From NCBI RefSeq assembly GCF_009914755.1, contig NC_060939.1: a stretch of DNA of 64,000 bases, one strand, 5' to 3'. This document shows, piece by piece, positions 1 through 16,477 of the stretch. Every line of letters starts with the position of its first letter. Position 1 is the stretch's first letter. The position numbers and the translations under genes were made by a program. The DNA comes from the human T2T-CHM13v2.0 reference genome, Homo sapiens. The notes under the pieces are model-generated. The model was not told the DNA's origin, searched no databases, and saw nothing but the letters and a program-made list of their open reading frames with translations.

Positions 1-410
1 ATACTATGTTTTATTTGTGCTACTATCAATGGGTATTTGATCGGTTTCCAGTTTGAGGTTATTATGAATAGTCTTCTGTGAACATTATATGTGTTTTGGG
101 TGAATATTACAGATTTCTGTTTGGTATATACCTAAGAATTGCTAGGTTCATGGAATATTCTTGTTTTCAGCATTACTAGACACTAACAATTTTCCCATAA
201 ATCAATTTAGACTCCCACCAGCAGTTACGCAGAGTTCTTTTTCCTCTACATCTTTGTAAATATTTGTTATTATCTGACTTTATTTCTTCATTTTAATCAA
301 TTCTGGAGGTTGTGTGGAATATCTCATGATTTTAATTTATATTTCCTTCATAACTAATGAAGTTAATTACCTTTTCTGTGTTTATTGGCCATTTGGATAT
401 GATTTGTTGA

Positions 411-726
<316 letters not shown>

Positions 727-850
727 TAATAATTTATATGATTATTGTGAAGTGCTTGTTCAAATCTTTTGTCCAGTATTCCATTGTTTCGTCATTCTGT
801 TATTGATTTGTGGGAGTTTTAAATGTATTCTTGCCACATGAATACAGACT

Positions 851-1700
851 TGTAACTGTAATAGATTTGTTGCCTGATGCATACAGCAAGTCAATATGCC
901 AAGACACTGGCTTGCAGCAGAGAAAGAGGTTTAATCATAAGGTCACCAAAGGGCTTGGCGCAGTGGCAGCAGCCTGTAATCCCAGCACTTTGCAAGGCCA
1001 AGGCAGGCTGATCACTTGAGGCCAGGAGTTTGATACCAGCCTGGTCTACATAGCGAAACCACCTTTCTACTAAAAATACAAAAATTACCCTGGTGCCATG
1101 GTACGTGCCTATCATCCCAGCTACTTGAGAGGCTGAGGCAGGAGAATTGCTTGAACTCAAGAGGCAGAGGTGGCACTGAAATCACACCACTGCGTGCAAC
1201 TCCATCTCAAAAAAAAAAAAAGTTACCAAACGAGTTAACTTTGGGAGGAAACCTCAAATCCATCTCCCTGAAGGAGTTTGGGGGTAAAGTTTTTAAGGGT
1301 TTTGGAGTGGGCCAAAGTGTAGAGATTGTTGATTGGTCAAAGAGGCAGAGTGAAGACATACTGATCCCATTCCTCTGTGGGAGTCTTCTAACTGGTTGAT
1401 ATCAGCTGTTTTACTAGAACTTCAGGCAATCCTTAAACAAAAGCCTTATGATTCTAATGTCAGAGATCCTGTCATAGGAACAGTGGAGATGCAAATAAAT
1501 TATTAAACAGTTTTATGACCCTACTGTCAGAAATCCTGTCTATAGGAAGAACGGGGATATAAATGGTCAGGAGCTAGTGCTACGTGACTTTTAGCAACAA
1601 GGAAGTGAACCAAAGGTCAGCCTGATTAATGCTTAATTAGAACTATATTTCTATCCAGAACCCAGCATTCAATTCTTGTCAACCCTGTGGGGCAGTTTCA
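851..1700 (-). mobile_element. ERV1 (MER4-group, LTR8/LTR26-related) solo LTR
   Basis: TG...CA termini (tgtaac...gtttca), near-TSD gact/gcct, interrupts L1M. Subfamily uncertain. Confidence 0.7.
952..1221 (+). mobile_element. Alu with right-arm deletion, nested in LTR
   Basis: ggcttggcgcagtggc...ccatctc followed by an A-tail. Confidence 0.93.
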
Positions 1701-1740
1701 GCCTCTGTTGTTGCAAATACCTTCTTATACTCGGTGGTTT

Positions 1741-2689
<949 letters not shown>

Positions 2690-2978
2690 GTTTGGCATTT
2701 TACTGTCTTTCAATAAGCAGACATTGTAAATCTTAATAGAGTCCAATTTATTATTTTCCCTTACATAGTTGGCCCATTTTTGGGGTCTTGTTTAAGAAAC
2801 TTTTGCATACTACAAAGTTGTGAAGATATTTTCTTATGTTTCCTTCAAAAAGCTCTATTGTTTTTTCATTCATATTTAGATCTACTGTCTGGTGGATTTA
2901 TTTCTTATGTGTGGTGGGAGATAGGGACCAGAATTCTTTTTTTCATATGGACATTCATATAATCCAACACCATATATT

Positions 2979-3702
2979 TGTTTTTAAGAAACCCACAAAA
3001 CCTTAGACAAATTTAATTTAACAGATTTTATTTATTTATTTTTTTGATAGAGTCTTGCTCTGTTGTCCAGGCTACAGTGCAGTGGTGCAGTCTCAGCTCA
3101 CTGCAGCCTTGACCTCCCCAGACTCAGGTGATCCTCCCACCTCAGCCTCCAGAGTAACTGGAACTGCATGTGCTCTCCTCTACCACTAGCTAATTTTTGT
3201 ATTTTTAGTAGAGATGGGGTTTCACTATGTCACCCAAGCTGCTCTCAAACTCCTGGGTTCAAGCGATCCACACACCTCAGCCTCCCAAAGTGCTGAGATT
3301 ACAGGCGTGAGCCACCACACCTGGCTAATTTAACAGACTTTAATTGAGCAAAGAATGAGAACCTGGCAGCCTCTTAACAAGAATAACTCCAGAAAGGTTC
3401 CAGTGTGGCCTTGAGGTGGAAGATTTATGGACAGAGAAAGGAAAGTGACATATAGAAAACCGAAGTAGGGTACAGAAACAGCTGGATTGGTTACAGCTCA
3501 GTAAGTTTGCCTTATTAGAGCATGGTTTGAACAGTTAGCCACCTTTGATTGGCCGGAACTTGGTTATTGGCACTGGAGTAGGTTACAGTTTATTTATTTA
3601 TTTACACATCCAGTTAGGTTGCAGTTCACTATGTATGGAGAAGGCTTTAGGCAGAACTTAAAATATGAAAGGAGGCAGCTTTAGGTGAAACTTAATTGAA
3701 CA
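2979..3702 (-). mobile_element. MER57 family solo LTR (ERV1)
   Basis: Antisense MER57 (...aaggaggcagctttagg...aacttaattgaaca) with 4-bp TSD TATT. Confidence 0.85.
3026..3326 (-). mobile_element. Alu (AluJ-like) nested in MER57
   Basis: Antisense Alu with TSD aatttaacaga. Confidence 0.93.
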
Positions 3703-3725
3703 TATTAAAAGATCTTTTTTCCACA

Positions 3726-5205
3726 TGGTATTAAAACATACCTATTTAGTCTTTGTCCCTAATTCCTGATACAGAGCTACTAAAACCCAAGGAATTTCCT
3801 GAGTGATAGGAATATCTTGTTATTCAGAACAAGCCCTTTCTATCACACCTAAGTTTACGCTACTAAGGTGACAGGGTGGAGCCTATAGATAGCATCAGAA
3901 TGGGGCTGGTCACTAGAAAACCCAGTGATTAGAGTGTTGGAACTTTCAACCCCACCCATCAACCTCCAGGAATGAGGGGAGGTGGAGATTAAGCTATATA
4001 AAAACTTTGAGCAATGAGATTTGATAAGCTTCCAGGTTGGTGAATGAATCCACTTGCTGGAGAGTGGTGCACCCCAACTCTGAAACCACCATTGCAAAAT
4101 TATAACTGAGACAGCAAAAGAGATCTGAGCTAACCAACTCTATCTTGCTTGTAACCTCCAAGCCATCCTTGTTTATTCCTGGGTATAGGTTGAACTAACT
4201 TTGGGAATAACTTAGTTTATAGTTTAAAACAAAGACAATAACAGCCCTTTCCCAAAACAAACCCTCTTCTTGCCTTGGGGATAGACTGCCTTTGTATGAC
4301 TAACAAATTAGCTAAAAGATTAAAAATTACAGTTTAGGAGTCATGCAGCAGGAGGCTACAAGATTCTGACCTTCTCCTGGGGATAACATCTTTATTGTAA
4401 GACTAAGATCAGTGCTTGAGATATTTTGCAGACCTTGCACTTGATGGATCAGCTGGCACCACCCAGATCGATAAACTGGCTCATCCAATGTTGTGGCGGT
4501 CACACAGGAAGTGACTCAGCGAAAGTGGACAGCGTCTAATTTCTATAATTTCATCTCTGACCTGACCAATCAGCACTCCCGACTTACTGCCCCCACCACC
4601 CGACCCACCAAATGAACCTTAAAATCTCTGATCCCCCAGTGCTCGAGGAGACCGATTTGAGTAATAATAGGATTTGAGTAACAACAGCCGGCTGTGCATG
4701 AATTACTTTCTCTATTGCAAATCTCCTCTGTCTCTGCAGCAGGCAAGGTGAGCCAGCTGGGTGGTTACAAATCAAGGGTAAGCGCCTGAGGTCAGGACCC
4801 TTCCAGGCCTTGCCTGTGTGCTTCTTCATCTGTGATAATAAACCGGCAAACATAAGTAAAGTGTTTCCCTGAGTTCTGTGAGAAATACTAGCAAATTATC
4901 AAACCCAAGGAGGGGGCTCATGGAAACCCAAATTTATAGCCAGTCTGTCTGAAGCATGGGTCACAGCCTGGAATTTGTTCTTGGCATCTGAATTGGGGGC
5001 AGTCTTGTGGGAGTGAACCTTTCACCTGTGGGATGTGACGCTATCTCTAGGTAGATTATGTCAGAATTGAATTGAAATACAGGACACGAAGATGGTGTCT
5101 GCTGGAAAATTCCTTGGTGTGTGTGGGGAAAACCCTCACACATCTGGTACGAAAGTGTTCTGTGTTGTGAGAGTACAGCAAGAGAAAAAGTGTTTTTTTC
5201 ACCCC
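3726..5205 (+). mobile_element. MER21 family LTR, split by LTR8
   Basis: cagagctactaaaacccaaggaatttcctgagtgatagg...tcagaattgaattg...gtgtgtggggaaaaccc are typical of MER21. Confidence 0.8.
4081..4769 (+). mobile_element. LTR8 family solo LTR (ERV1)
   Basis: tgaaaccaccattgcaaaattataactgagacag...gggtggttaca with near-TSD actc/aatc. Confidence 0.88.
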
Positions 5206-5286
5206 AATGTATTGCAGTGTTAATTTTGTTATAAATTAGATGACTAAATATGGGTCTAACTTTATTGGTTTGTCTGTTAGGGTTGA

Positions 5287-5620
<334 letters not shown>

Positions 5621-5677
5621 TGAATCTGTGACTTATTAAAGTCTAACATTATTTGGTAGTTTTACCTCCTTCCTAGG

Positions 5678-6492
<815 letters not shown>

Positions 6493-6800
6493 CCAGGAAT
6501 GCAAGGAACTTGCATTCAACTAACTTCATTTATTAGCCTCCTCAACTTAGATGCAATTTTTAAAAATGTATTTTAGTTTTGTATATACTTTAAACCTCAT
6601 GAGATATTGTTGTGGTGGTGGTTGTTTTAGCAGTTAAGAGTCAATTTGACTATTTGATTCATCCCTATATTTGCTTATATTGTTGCTCTTTAATCTTTCC
6701 TGTATCTCTGTGCTTTCATCTGGTATCTTTCCCCATTTGCCTGAAGAATACAAAATTTCCTTTGAATCAAATCTGCTATTAATTGATTCTTTTAAATTTA

Positions 6801-7001
6801 TTCTTCTCTCTTTCTTTTTCTTTCTTTCTCTCTCCCTCTTTCTCTCTCCCCCTCTTTCTCTCTCTCCCTCTTTCTCTCTCTCCCTCTTTCTCTCTCTCCC
6901 TCTTTCTCTCTCTCCCTCTTTCTCTCTCTCCCTCTTTCTCTCTCTCCCTCTTTCTCTCTCTCCCTCTTTCTCTCTCTCCCTCTTTCTCTCTCTCCCTCTT
7001 T
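6801..7001. repeat. 201-bp pure polypyrimidine tract with 16-bp minisatellite (CCCTCTTTCTCTCTCT)n
   Basis: Read directly; about 10-11 near-identical units. Confidence 0.95.
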
Positions 7002-7265
<264 letters not shown>

Positions 7266-8252
7266 TAGGATTTCAGTGTTCTAATATTGTATTTTGAGCT
7301 CCATTGTTTTGTTCAGACTTTACATGTCATTCTAATTATTGCTCCTTTGAAGGAAATCTGCTTTCCTAAGATATTCATTGTGTTTGAGTTTATGATTTGT
7401 CTGGAAGTGGTTTTCTTTTTTTTTTTTTTCATTCTGTTGGGCATTTGTAAGAATTATTGCATATGTGGCTTGATGTCTTTAATCAGTTTTGGAAAATTCT
7501 CAGGCATTATCTCTTCAAATATTGTTTCTGCACCAATTCTCTCTCCTCTCTGTGTGGGACTCCATTTACATATATGCCAGGCCTTCGCATTGTATTGCCT
7601 GCCTTCTATATTTTACTTATTTTTGACTCTCCATGCTTTATTCTGATTTTTTTTCAGATCTGTTTTTTAATGCATTTCTTCTCTCCTCAGCTTTGTCTAA
7701 TCTGCTGTTAATTCCACACACTGAGTTCTTATTTGTTGGTTGTGGTGTTTTTTTATATCTAGAATTTCCATTTGGTTATTTTTTATGGTTTCCAGTTATT
7801 TGCTGAAGTTCTGGGGGAATACAAATACTTGCTCAGTGTATTCATGAGCAGGTAGACTCTTTTGCTCTGGGACTGGCTTTGGAACCACTTAAGGAGCTGC
7901 CGGAACCTATTGTAACATGGACGGTGCCCTATGAATGCTCTCTATTGATCAACAAAGAACTTCTTAGTTTATGGATGGCAGTTCGAAAGTGAACGGACAG
8001 CATTCTGCTCAAAAGGCTGCCACTCTGATTTAAAAAGTAAAAAGAAATTAACTCATCAAACTGAATTGCATACTGTTTGCCCCAGTGTTTTACTGACTCA
8101 TGAGCAGTGGTCAATGTCCTGGCCTTATGGTCAGGCAGAAGAGCAATGGAAAAGTGGCCTCTTAAAGAGATGCCCATATGGGGCCCACCTCTATGGAAAC
8201 CACTAGGGGGAACTTGAGGGATGCATTAAAGTAGAACATGTTGATGCCCATC

Positions 8253-8730
8253 TTAGTGTTTGGGTCATAATTTATAAAGGTGACTGAGTAACAGCACCTA
8301 GAGGCTAGTTTCACTGAAAGAAGATTTTTATTCACATTTCCTGAGAGGAGGGTCATGTTACACCATTCTGGACCACATAGGGAAGCACCAGTATTGATCA
8401 GGAGGCAGAAAGGAGTGAGGGGAAGGCATAGACCACAGGCAATATTGGGGTTTCCATGAGAAAGGCAAGACAGGGTAAAGTAAACAGCTTAGGATTGGCT
8501 AGTTTGAATAATTCCAGTGGGTTTTGGGGTATTTGGGATTTTCCTAGTTGTTTGGTACCTAGTTCAGTGTTGGTTTAGGATTGGGAAATATTGGCTTGGG
8601 GTGTGAGCATCAGATGAGGAGGATGATCAGCGTATGAATTCGTAAACAACTTGGCCATTAGTTTGGTCCTATAATTAATGAGTGCTAAATAGACAAATGT
8701 GGGATCTAAAAACACTCAGTGAGATGCGAA
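8253..8730 (-). mobile_element. ERVL-type LTR (MER76-like) inserted in the RNase H remnant
   Basis: Interrupts HVDAH/QKK and contains gcttaggattggctagtttgaataatt. Family assignment tentative. Confidence 0.45.
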
Positions 8731-9534
8731 ATATCAAAAGAAGTCCCTTCAGGATAAGAAGGTCATTGGTGTCAGTGAGTGGATATCTTGATATGTTCAC
8801 TTGAGGTGATCACCTGGGTCATGAAACAAGTGGACATTGTGGGGTGGGGGCTGTAGCAATGCAAAGATGGGCTAAATTTAGGCATATTCCTTTTGCACCC
8901 TCTGAGGTGCAAAATGCCAGTAAGTACAGTTCTGTCTGCCAACAAGAGAGACAGACTCAGATGGCTATGGGACAGATTCCCTGGGGGGAAGGCCCAGCAC
9001 ATAGCTGGCAAGTGGGAGTGATGCTGGTAGCACTAGAGGCTATAAATGGGTCCTTAAAGAAATAGATGTACACGCTGGACTGGGTTTTGCATACCCAGTG
9101 GTAGATGCAAATGCTCAGATACTATAAAAGAACTGGAACAGAAGATACTACACCAATTTGGGTGGTTGAGTCACATTTATTCAGACCAAGGGACACAGTT
9201 TCAGCATGTAATGTCCAATAACGGACACAGAGATGTCCTCCTTAGAATAATAGTTTAATAGAGAATTGGAATGGGCATTTAAAACATTGGTTGGCCAAAA
9301 TGGAGGGAGATATAGGCATGAAGGGCTGATTTACATGCCTTCATGAGTGTATGCTCACACCTAACATCAGAGTGCCAAGCCAGTGCCCCACTAGCTAGAA
9401 TCCTCTGCTATTTTTGTGGATCTGAAGATGAGGGGGTGGGAGATATGCTGGTATAACTATGCAGTTCTTCCCACGAAAGGAATGTGCTGGTATGACTATA
9501 CTTTTTTCTTTCTTCCCTATAGGATCTTAACTGC

Positions 9535-9735
<201 letters not shown>

Positions 9736-10563
9736 TAACAAGTGCTGGAAGCAAAGATAATTCCTAAGCAAGAAACCATAACCATAATTTTAAACCTTTA
9801 TGTCAGAATTCCTAAGGGCCTCAGGGAGCAGGTTGTATCTTGATCCCAGGTAGCAAAACTGGGGTTAATAGTGGATGTAGCTACGTTGCTTAATGGTAGA
9901 AATAGCTGAGTTCTGTACCTTTTATAACCCTATCCTAGATGAGATGAGATGAATGACAGTGAACTGAGGAAGGCACTTGCTAGACTAGTATTGCTGCCTG
10001 CAATCTAAACCAGCACTGTAGCTAAAGCTAACCTCCCTTCCAAAGATGGAAAAGTTAGGGCATAAATAGAAGTAGGAATAGTAGCTGTGAGTAAAGGAAT
10101 GGATAAATGTGTTATGCAATGAGGGAAGATTCAATATTTCATTAATACTTTGAAAGAAGCTCCAAGTAAGAGATGACGTTGTCTCTTAGCTCACTTATAC
10201 AAGATGCCTGAAAGGGTGAAATCATATATTGCTGAGACCACCCCTCTTTATGGAACCATGCAAGATAAAATAGAAGCTTGCAAACCTGAGCAAACTTACC
10301 CTGGGAGACATTTGGTCATACAATATGATGACTGGACTAATCAGTAACTGAATGGGACTCTAGCAAAGTTCCAAATATCATTTTTTATTTTTCAGGTTGC
10401 ATCTACCACAGTGTGATAATGATATAACACTGGTATTGTTCACAGGATTATAATACTGATGTTGATGGTCAAATGTATAAGGAAATTGAATTAAAAGCCT
10501 CCTATCCCTATCCTACACTGGTGCCTCCAAATGTTAGGCATATTCATGTTGGTACTGTGGCTG

Positions 10564-11191
10564 TGTAAGAGGCATTCAAACCAGAGTGACTCCATGTTGA
10601 ATAGGGACTGGGTAAAATAAGGCTGAGACCGACTGGGCTGCATTCCCAGGAGGTTAGGCATTCTAAGTCACAGGATAAGATAGGAGGTTGGTACAAGGGA
10701 CAGGTCACAAAGACCTTGCTGATAAAACAGGCTGTGGAAAAGAAGCCGGCTAAAACCCACCACAGACAAGGTGGCAATAAAAATGACCTCTGGTCGTTGT
10801 CACTGCTCATTTATGTGAATTATAATGCATTTGCATGCTAAAAGACACTCCCACGAGCACCATGACAGTTTACAAATGCCATGGTGACGTCAGGAACATA
10901 CCTTATGTGGTTTAAAAAGGGGAGGAACCTTCGGTTCCGGAAATTGCCCACCCCTTTCCCAGTAAACTCATGAATAATCCACCCCTTTTTTAGCATATAA
11001 TCAAGAAATCACCATAAAAATAGCCAATCAGCAGCCCTCAGGGCTACTATGCCTATAGAGTAGCCATTCTTTATTCTTCTACTTTAATAAACTTGCTTTC
11101 AATTTTCTCTGTGGACTGGCCTGAATTGTCTCTTGCACAAGATCCAAGAACCCTCTCTTGGGGTCTGGATCAGGACCCTTTTCTGGTAACA
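10564..11191 (+). mobile_element. MER41B-like solo LTR (ERV1)
   Basis: tgtaagaggcattcaaaccagag...gacccttttctggtaaca, full length. Confidence 0.92.
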
Positions 11192-12001
11192 GTGGTATAT
11201 GTTATATTAATGCTACACCAAATATAGGTGCTCAGATAGGTTTGATGGTTTTGCTATAAGATAGCCATAACCAATGACCAGAGGGTAGCCTGTTGTATGA
11301 TAAAGAATTTGTCTTTGTCCCAGGTTTCTGGCTTCTAAAACCCTGGGCATTTCCCAAGTGATCAGAGTGTCTTTGTTATTCATGGACCCCTTGGAGCACA
11401 CCTGAGTTTATGCTAATGAGGTGACACGTGGTGGGCCTCTAGTTAGCTTCAGGACAGGGCCTGTCATGGTTTAAGCCATGTCATATGAGCCTGACCTCCC
11501 AACCTCCAGGAATGGAATAGAGCCTGGAGATTGAATTCGATCATGTGGCTAATGATTCAATCAATCATACCTATGTAATGAAACCCCAATAAAAACTCTG
11601 CTCACTGAGCTCTGAGGAACTTCCTGGTCAGTGAACACGTTGATGTGCCAGGAGGATGACACACTCTGACTCTGTGGGGAGAGGGCACAGAAGCTCTGTT
11701 TGGGACCCTCCCAGACCTCACTCTGTAAGTCTCTTCGTTTGGCTGATCGTGACTTGTATTCTTTATCATAAAATTGCAGCTATGACTATAGGGCTTTCCT
11801 GAGTTCTGTGAGTTGTTCTAGTGAATTGTCCAACATGAGGGGTCATAGGAACCCCCAACTTTGTAGCCAGTTAATCAGAAGTGCAGGTGGCCCTTGAAGT
11901 GTGGCTGGCATCTGAGGTAAGGAAGGTATTGTTGGGGAGCAACTGTGCCTTTAACCTGTAGAGTTTAAGGCTAATTCCATATTGTTAGCATCAGCATTGT
12001 A

Positions 12002-12553
12002 CAGGTGCTTCTCAACTTACAATGGGGTTGTGTCCCAATAAACCCATTGTAAATTGAAAATATTATAAGTCAAAAATGCATTTTAAAAAATTAGCTGGGC
12101 ATGGTGGTACATGCCTGTAGTCCCAGCTACTTGGGAGGCTGAGGTAGGAGAATTACTTGAGCTCAGGAGTTTAGGACTGCAGTGAGCCCTGATGGAGCCA
12201 CTGGACTCTAGCCTGGGTGACAGAATGAGACCACCTCTTAAAAAAAAAAAAAAAAGAGAATACATTTGACACACCTAACCTACCAAACATCATAGCTTAG
12301 TCTAGCCTACCTTAAACATGCTTGGAGCACTTACATTAGCCTACAGTTGGGCAAAATCATCCAACACAAAGCCTATTTTATAATGAGGTGTTGAATATCT
12401 CATGATATAATTTATTGAATCCTGTACTCAAAGTGAAAAATAAAATGGTTGTATGTACTCAAAGTGGGATTTCTACTGAATGTGTATTATCTTTGCACCA
12501 TTGTGAAGTTGAAAAATTGTTAAGTTGAACCATAGAAGGTCAGGGACCATCTG
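12002..12553 (+). mobile_element. MER47A (Tigger MITE)
   Basis: caggtgcttctcaacttacaatgggg...gggaccatctg with TA TSD at both ends. Confidence 0.9.
12084..12256 (+). mobile_element. Alu right monomer
   Basis: aaaattagctgggcatgg... with A-tail. Confidence 0.9.
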
Positions 12554-12899
12554 TATTTTGGAACAATAACTGGTGTCAGAAAAGACTCCAATTATTTATC
12601 CTTAGCCCCAAAAGGCTGTCAAATACTCTGCTTAGCTTCTCAGTCTTTCTAATGCCTCTTCTAGACTCATCTGATGCCCGCTGGGGAAAGGTAACACTAA
12701 ATACTGAGATTCATTCCCTAGGTTTTCTTCTGAATTTTGGTCCTATAATTTTTCATTGGCTTGTTAGCTCTTGAGTCCTTCAATCAGATGTTCTTCATAT
12801 TCTGCCCAGATTTTCAAATTGTCCTTAGTAGAAAGTTTGGTCTGAGTTATCCAGTCTACTATTAATAGAAACACAAATCCCTCTTCTCAGTGACTTATT

Positions 12900-13505
12900 T
12901 TTCATTGTGGTTATATATACATAAAACATAAATTTTGTCATTTAAATCATTTTAAAGGCCAACATGGTGGCTCACACCTGTAATCTCAGCACTTTGGGAG
13001 GCCTAGGCAGGTAGAATGTTTGAGCCCAGAAATTCAAGGCCAGCCTAGGCAACATGATACCCTGTATCTACAAAAAATATAAAAATTAGCCAGGTATGGA
13101 GGTGTGCACCTGTAGTCCCAGCTACTCCCAACTACCTGGGAGGCTGAGGTGTGCTGTAGTGAGCTGTGATTACACTACTGCACTTCAGCCTGGGTGACAG
13201 AGTGAGCACCTGTCTCAAAAAAAAAATCATTTTAAAGTATACAGTTCGGTGGCATTTAATACATCCTCAGTGCTGTGCAACAACCACCACTCTCTATTTC
13301 CAGAACATTTTCATCACCCCAAAAGGAAACTCCATACTCATTAAGCAGTGACTTCCCATTCCCTCTCTCCTCAGCCCCTGGCAACCACTAATCTGTTTTC
13401 TGTCTTTATGGATTTGCCTATTCTGGGTATTCATATAAATGGAATCATATAGTGTATGGCCTTTTGTGTCTGGCTTCTTTCACTTAGCATGTTTTCAAGG
13501 TCATT
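12900..13505 (-). mobile_element. L1MB 3' end
   Basis: cagcccctggcaaccactaatctg...catataaatggaatcata. Confidence 0.8.
12957..13226 (+). mobile_element. Alu (AluJ-like, internally deleted)
   Basis: TSD aaatcattttaaa. Confidence 0.92.
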
Positions 13506-14342
13506 GATTTTTTTTTTTTTATATGTGCTGTTTTCTTTGTCTAAATATTCTACAGTTACTGTTTTGATTTCTTCTTTGACTCAAAGCATTTAGGAGATTG
13601 TTTTTACATGTTCTATTTTTATTACTTTCAGTTTTGTTGCACTGTAGTCAGAATATGACTGCTTCTGTTTCAATTTTTTGTAAATTTTCTTTGTGGCCTG
13701 TTGTACTATCAAATTTTGAAATATCTCATGGGAACTTGAGAATAAGATATAGTTTCTATATTCAGAATATAGACTTAAATACTCTTTACCTGTCCGGCAA
13801 GCTAGTTAACTAGCTATCATCTATTATCAATCTTATTAAAAATATCATTCAAAATCTCAATTATGTTTCCTCTATTTGATTCGCCATCGTCTGAGAGGTG
13901 AGTTAAAGCACCTTGTTGCAGTTGATTTCTGTGCTTAGTTGAGTATTGCATCCTGTAAATAAACCCTTATAATTTTTATATTTTTACTTTATGTATTTCA
14001 GTGCTATTAACTTATTGTAATATATATTTGCTTGCATGCAGCCTGTCATTGACAAAACTCTTGCCTACTTTTTGTTTGGATTTGCCTGGAATATGTTTAC
14101 TCCTTCATTAATTTCAACCTTTGTGGGTTCTGTTGTTTTAGGTATATCTCTCATTGATAACATATCAATGCCTCCCATTTTACATTCAAAAGTGAGTTTA
14201 TATCAGTTTTATTCAAGCCTATAACAGACAGGTTTAGTCTACTTCTGTCATATTTTTGTATTCTCAGCTTTGGTTTCTATGTGATCTGTTTTTGTTTGTT
14301 GCTTTCAAATATGGAACGTATTCAAGCTGTTTTTTAGTTCTA

Positions 14343-14688
<346 letters not shown>

Positions 14689-14856
14689 ATATGTTCAATC
14701 AGTATTTCTCAATTTATAATCTTCAAAAAAGAAACAGTACCATTTATTCCCTCTTAAAAAAAAAAAAAAAAAAGGAAATTGGCGATTTAAAAAAATCACC
14801 CTTGCAGCAGCCACTGTGGAAAACGGTGTGGTGATTCTTCAAGAAATTAAACATAG

Positions 14857-15030
14857 ACCAGGCACAACAGTGCACGCCCGTAGTCCTAGCTACTCGGGAG
14901 GCTGTGGTGAGAGGATCACTTGAGCTCAGGAGTTCAAGGCTGCAGGGAGGTGTGATCGTAGCCAGGGCATTACACCTGGGTGACAGAGTGAGACCCCATC
15001 TCTAAATAAATAACTAAAATTTTAAAAAGG
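14857..15030 (+). mobile_element. Alu right-type monomer (FRAM/FAM-like)
   Basis: TSD gaaattaaacataga. Confidence 0.88.
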
Positions 15031-15195
15031 AAATTAAACATAGAATTATCATATGATTCAGCAATTCTACTCAAAAGAAGTGAAAGCAGGGACTTATGTA
15101 TTTGCACACCCATGTTCATAGCAGCATTATTTACAACAGTCGAAAGATGGAAGCAACCCAAGTGCCCATTAACAGATGAGTGGATTAACAAATGC

Positions 15196-15248
<53 letters not shown>
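15196..15248. repeat. Compound (TG)n(TA)n microsatellite
   Basis: Read directly. Confidence 0.97.
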
Positions 15249-15253
<5 letters not shown>

Positions 15254-15340
15254 GAAATACTCAGCCTTAAAAGAGGAGGAAATTCCCATAAATGCTACAA
15301 CATGAATGAACCTTGAGGACGTTATGCTAAGTGAAATAAG

Positions 15341-15378
15341 ACACACACACACACACACACATACACACACACACACAC
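15341..15378. repeat. (CA)n microsatellite, one interruption
   Basis: Read directly. Confidence 0.95.
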
Positions 15379-15590
15379 TGTATGATTCCCCTTATTTGAG
15401 ATATCTAGAATAGTCAAAAATCATAGAGACAAAAAGTAGAATGGTTGTTGCCAGGGGTTAAGGAAAGAGAATGGGGAGTTAGTGTTTAGTGGGTATAGAG
15501 TTTCAGTTTGGGAAGATAAAAGTTCTGGAGATAAATGGTGGTGATCATTGTGCAGCAGTGTGAATGTACTTAACACCACAGAACTGGTCA

Positions 15591-15884
<294 letters not shown>

Positions 15885-16289
15885 AGTAAATCTGATGTTA
15901 TATATATTTTGCTACCATAAAAACAAACAAGCAAACACCAATCTCCTTTTCCTTCCATTCCTTCTTTAATTATAGTTTTAGGAATTTCCCCCATATGTTC
16001 TATTATCAACAACAGCAATGATTAACAAAGAAACATTTTGTAGAGTGTTTTTTTTTCCCACAATAACTATAACGATTATATTATTTTCCAGTAAATGTGA
16101 TCATTACGGTTATATAGGCTTTCATGTTCAAACACATTTAATGCTTACCACCAGCCTGTTTATACCTCAGTTTTCTCCTATGTCAGTTCTAAATTTGGAT
16201 TCATCATCTGTCTCTAACATGTCCTCAAGTAGAGTGATATATTTCCTGGTGAAATAATGATGAGAAGCTATGTCTTACGTAACGTCTTT

Positions 16290-16477
16290 AGAGGAAGACC
16301 TTCAGGTCTCAGTGGTAACAGCTCCTCCCCTGTGGCTGCAGGCTATGGGATTGTAGCACCATCCTCTTGGTTTCCCTTAACTCTTGCCTATACCTCGTCA
16401 ATAATCCCTTTACTAAACTCTCTTCCATTACCAAGCTTGTGAGTGGCTTGTTTCCAGCTGGGACTATGACTGATACA
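16290..16477 (+). mobile_element. ERVL LTR 3' fragment (LTR33-like)
   Basis: aataatccctttactaaactctctt...ctgggactatgactgataca. Confidence 0.5.

Larger units (their letters stand above)
11192..12570 (+). mobile_element. MER21/MER77/MER68-group LTR, split by MER47
   Basis: cacacctgagtttatgctaatgaggtgac...atgaaaccccaataaaaactctg...ttcctgagttctgtgag. Confidence 0.7.

Noticed and set aside
1431-1565. About 70-bp imperfect tandem duplication
   Set aside because: It lies inside an LTR and is diverged, so it is probably a consensus feature of that LTR. The same applies to the ~36-bp repeats at 6190-6350.
12571-12581. PBS-like TGGTGTCAGAA after the MER21/77-type LTR, suggesting a tandem provirus
   Set aside because: No internal sequence follows, and MER21-group LTRs carry similar motifs near their 3' end. 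It cannot be resolved without alignment.
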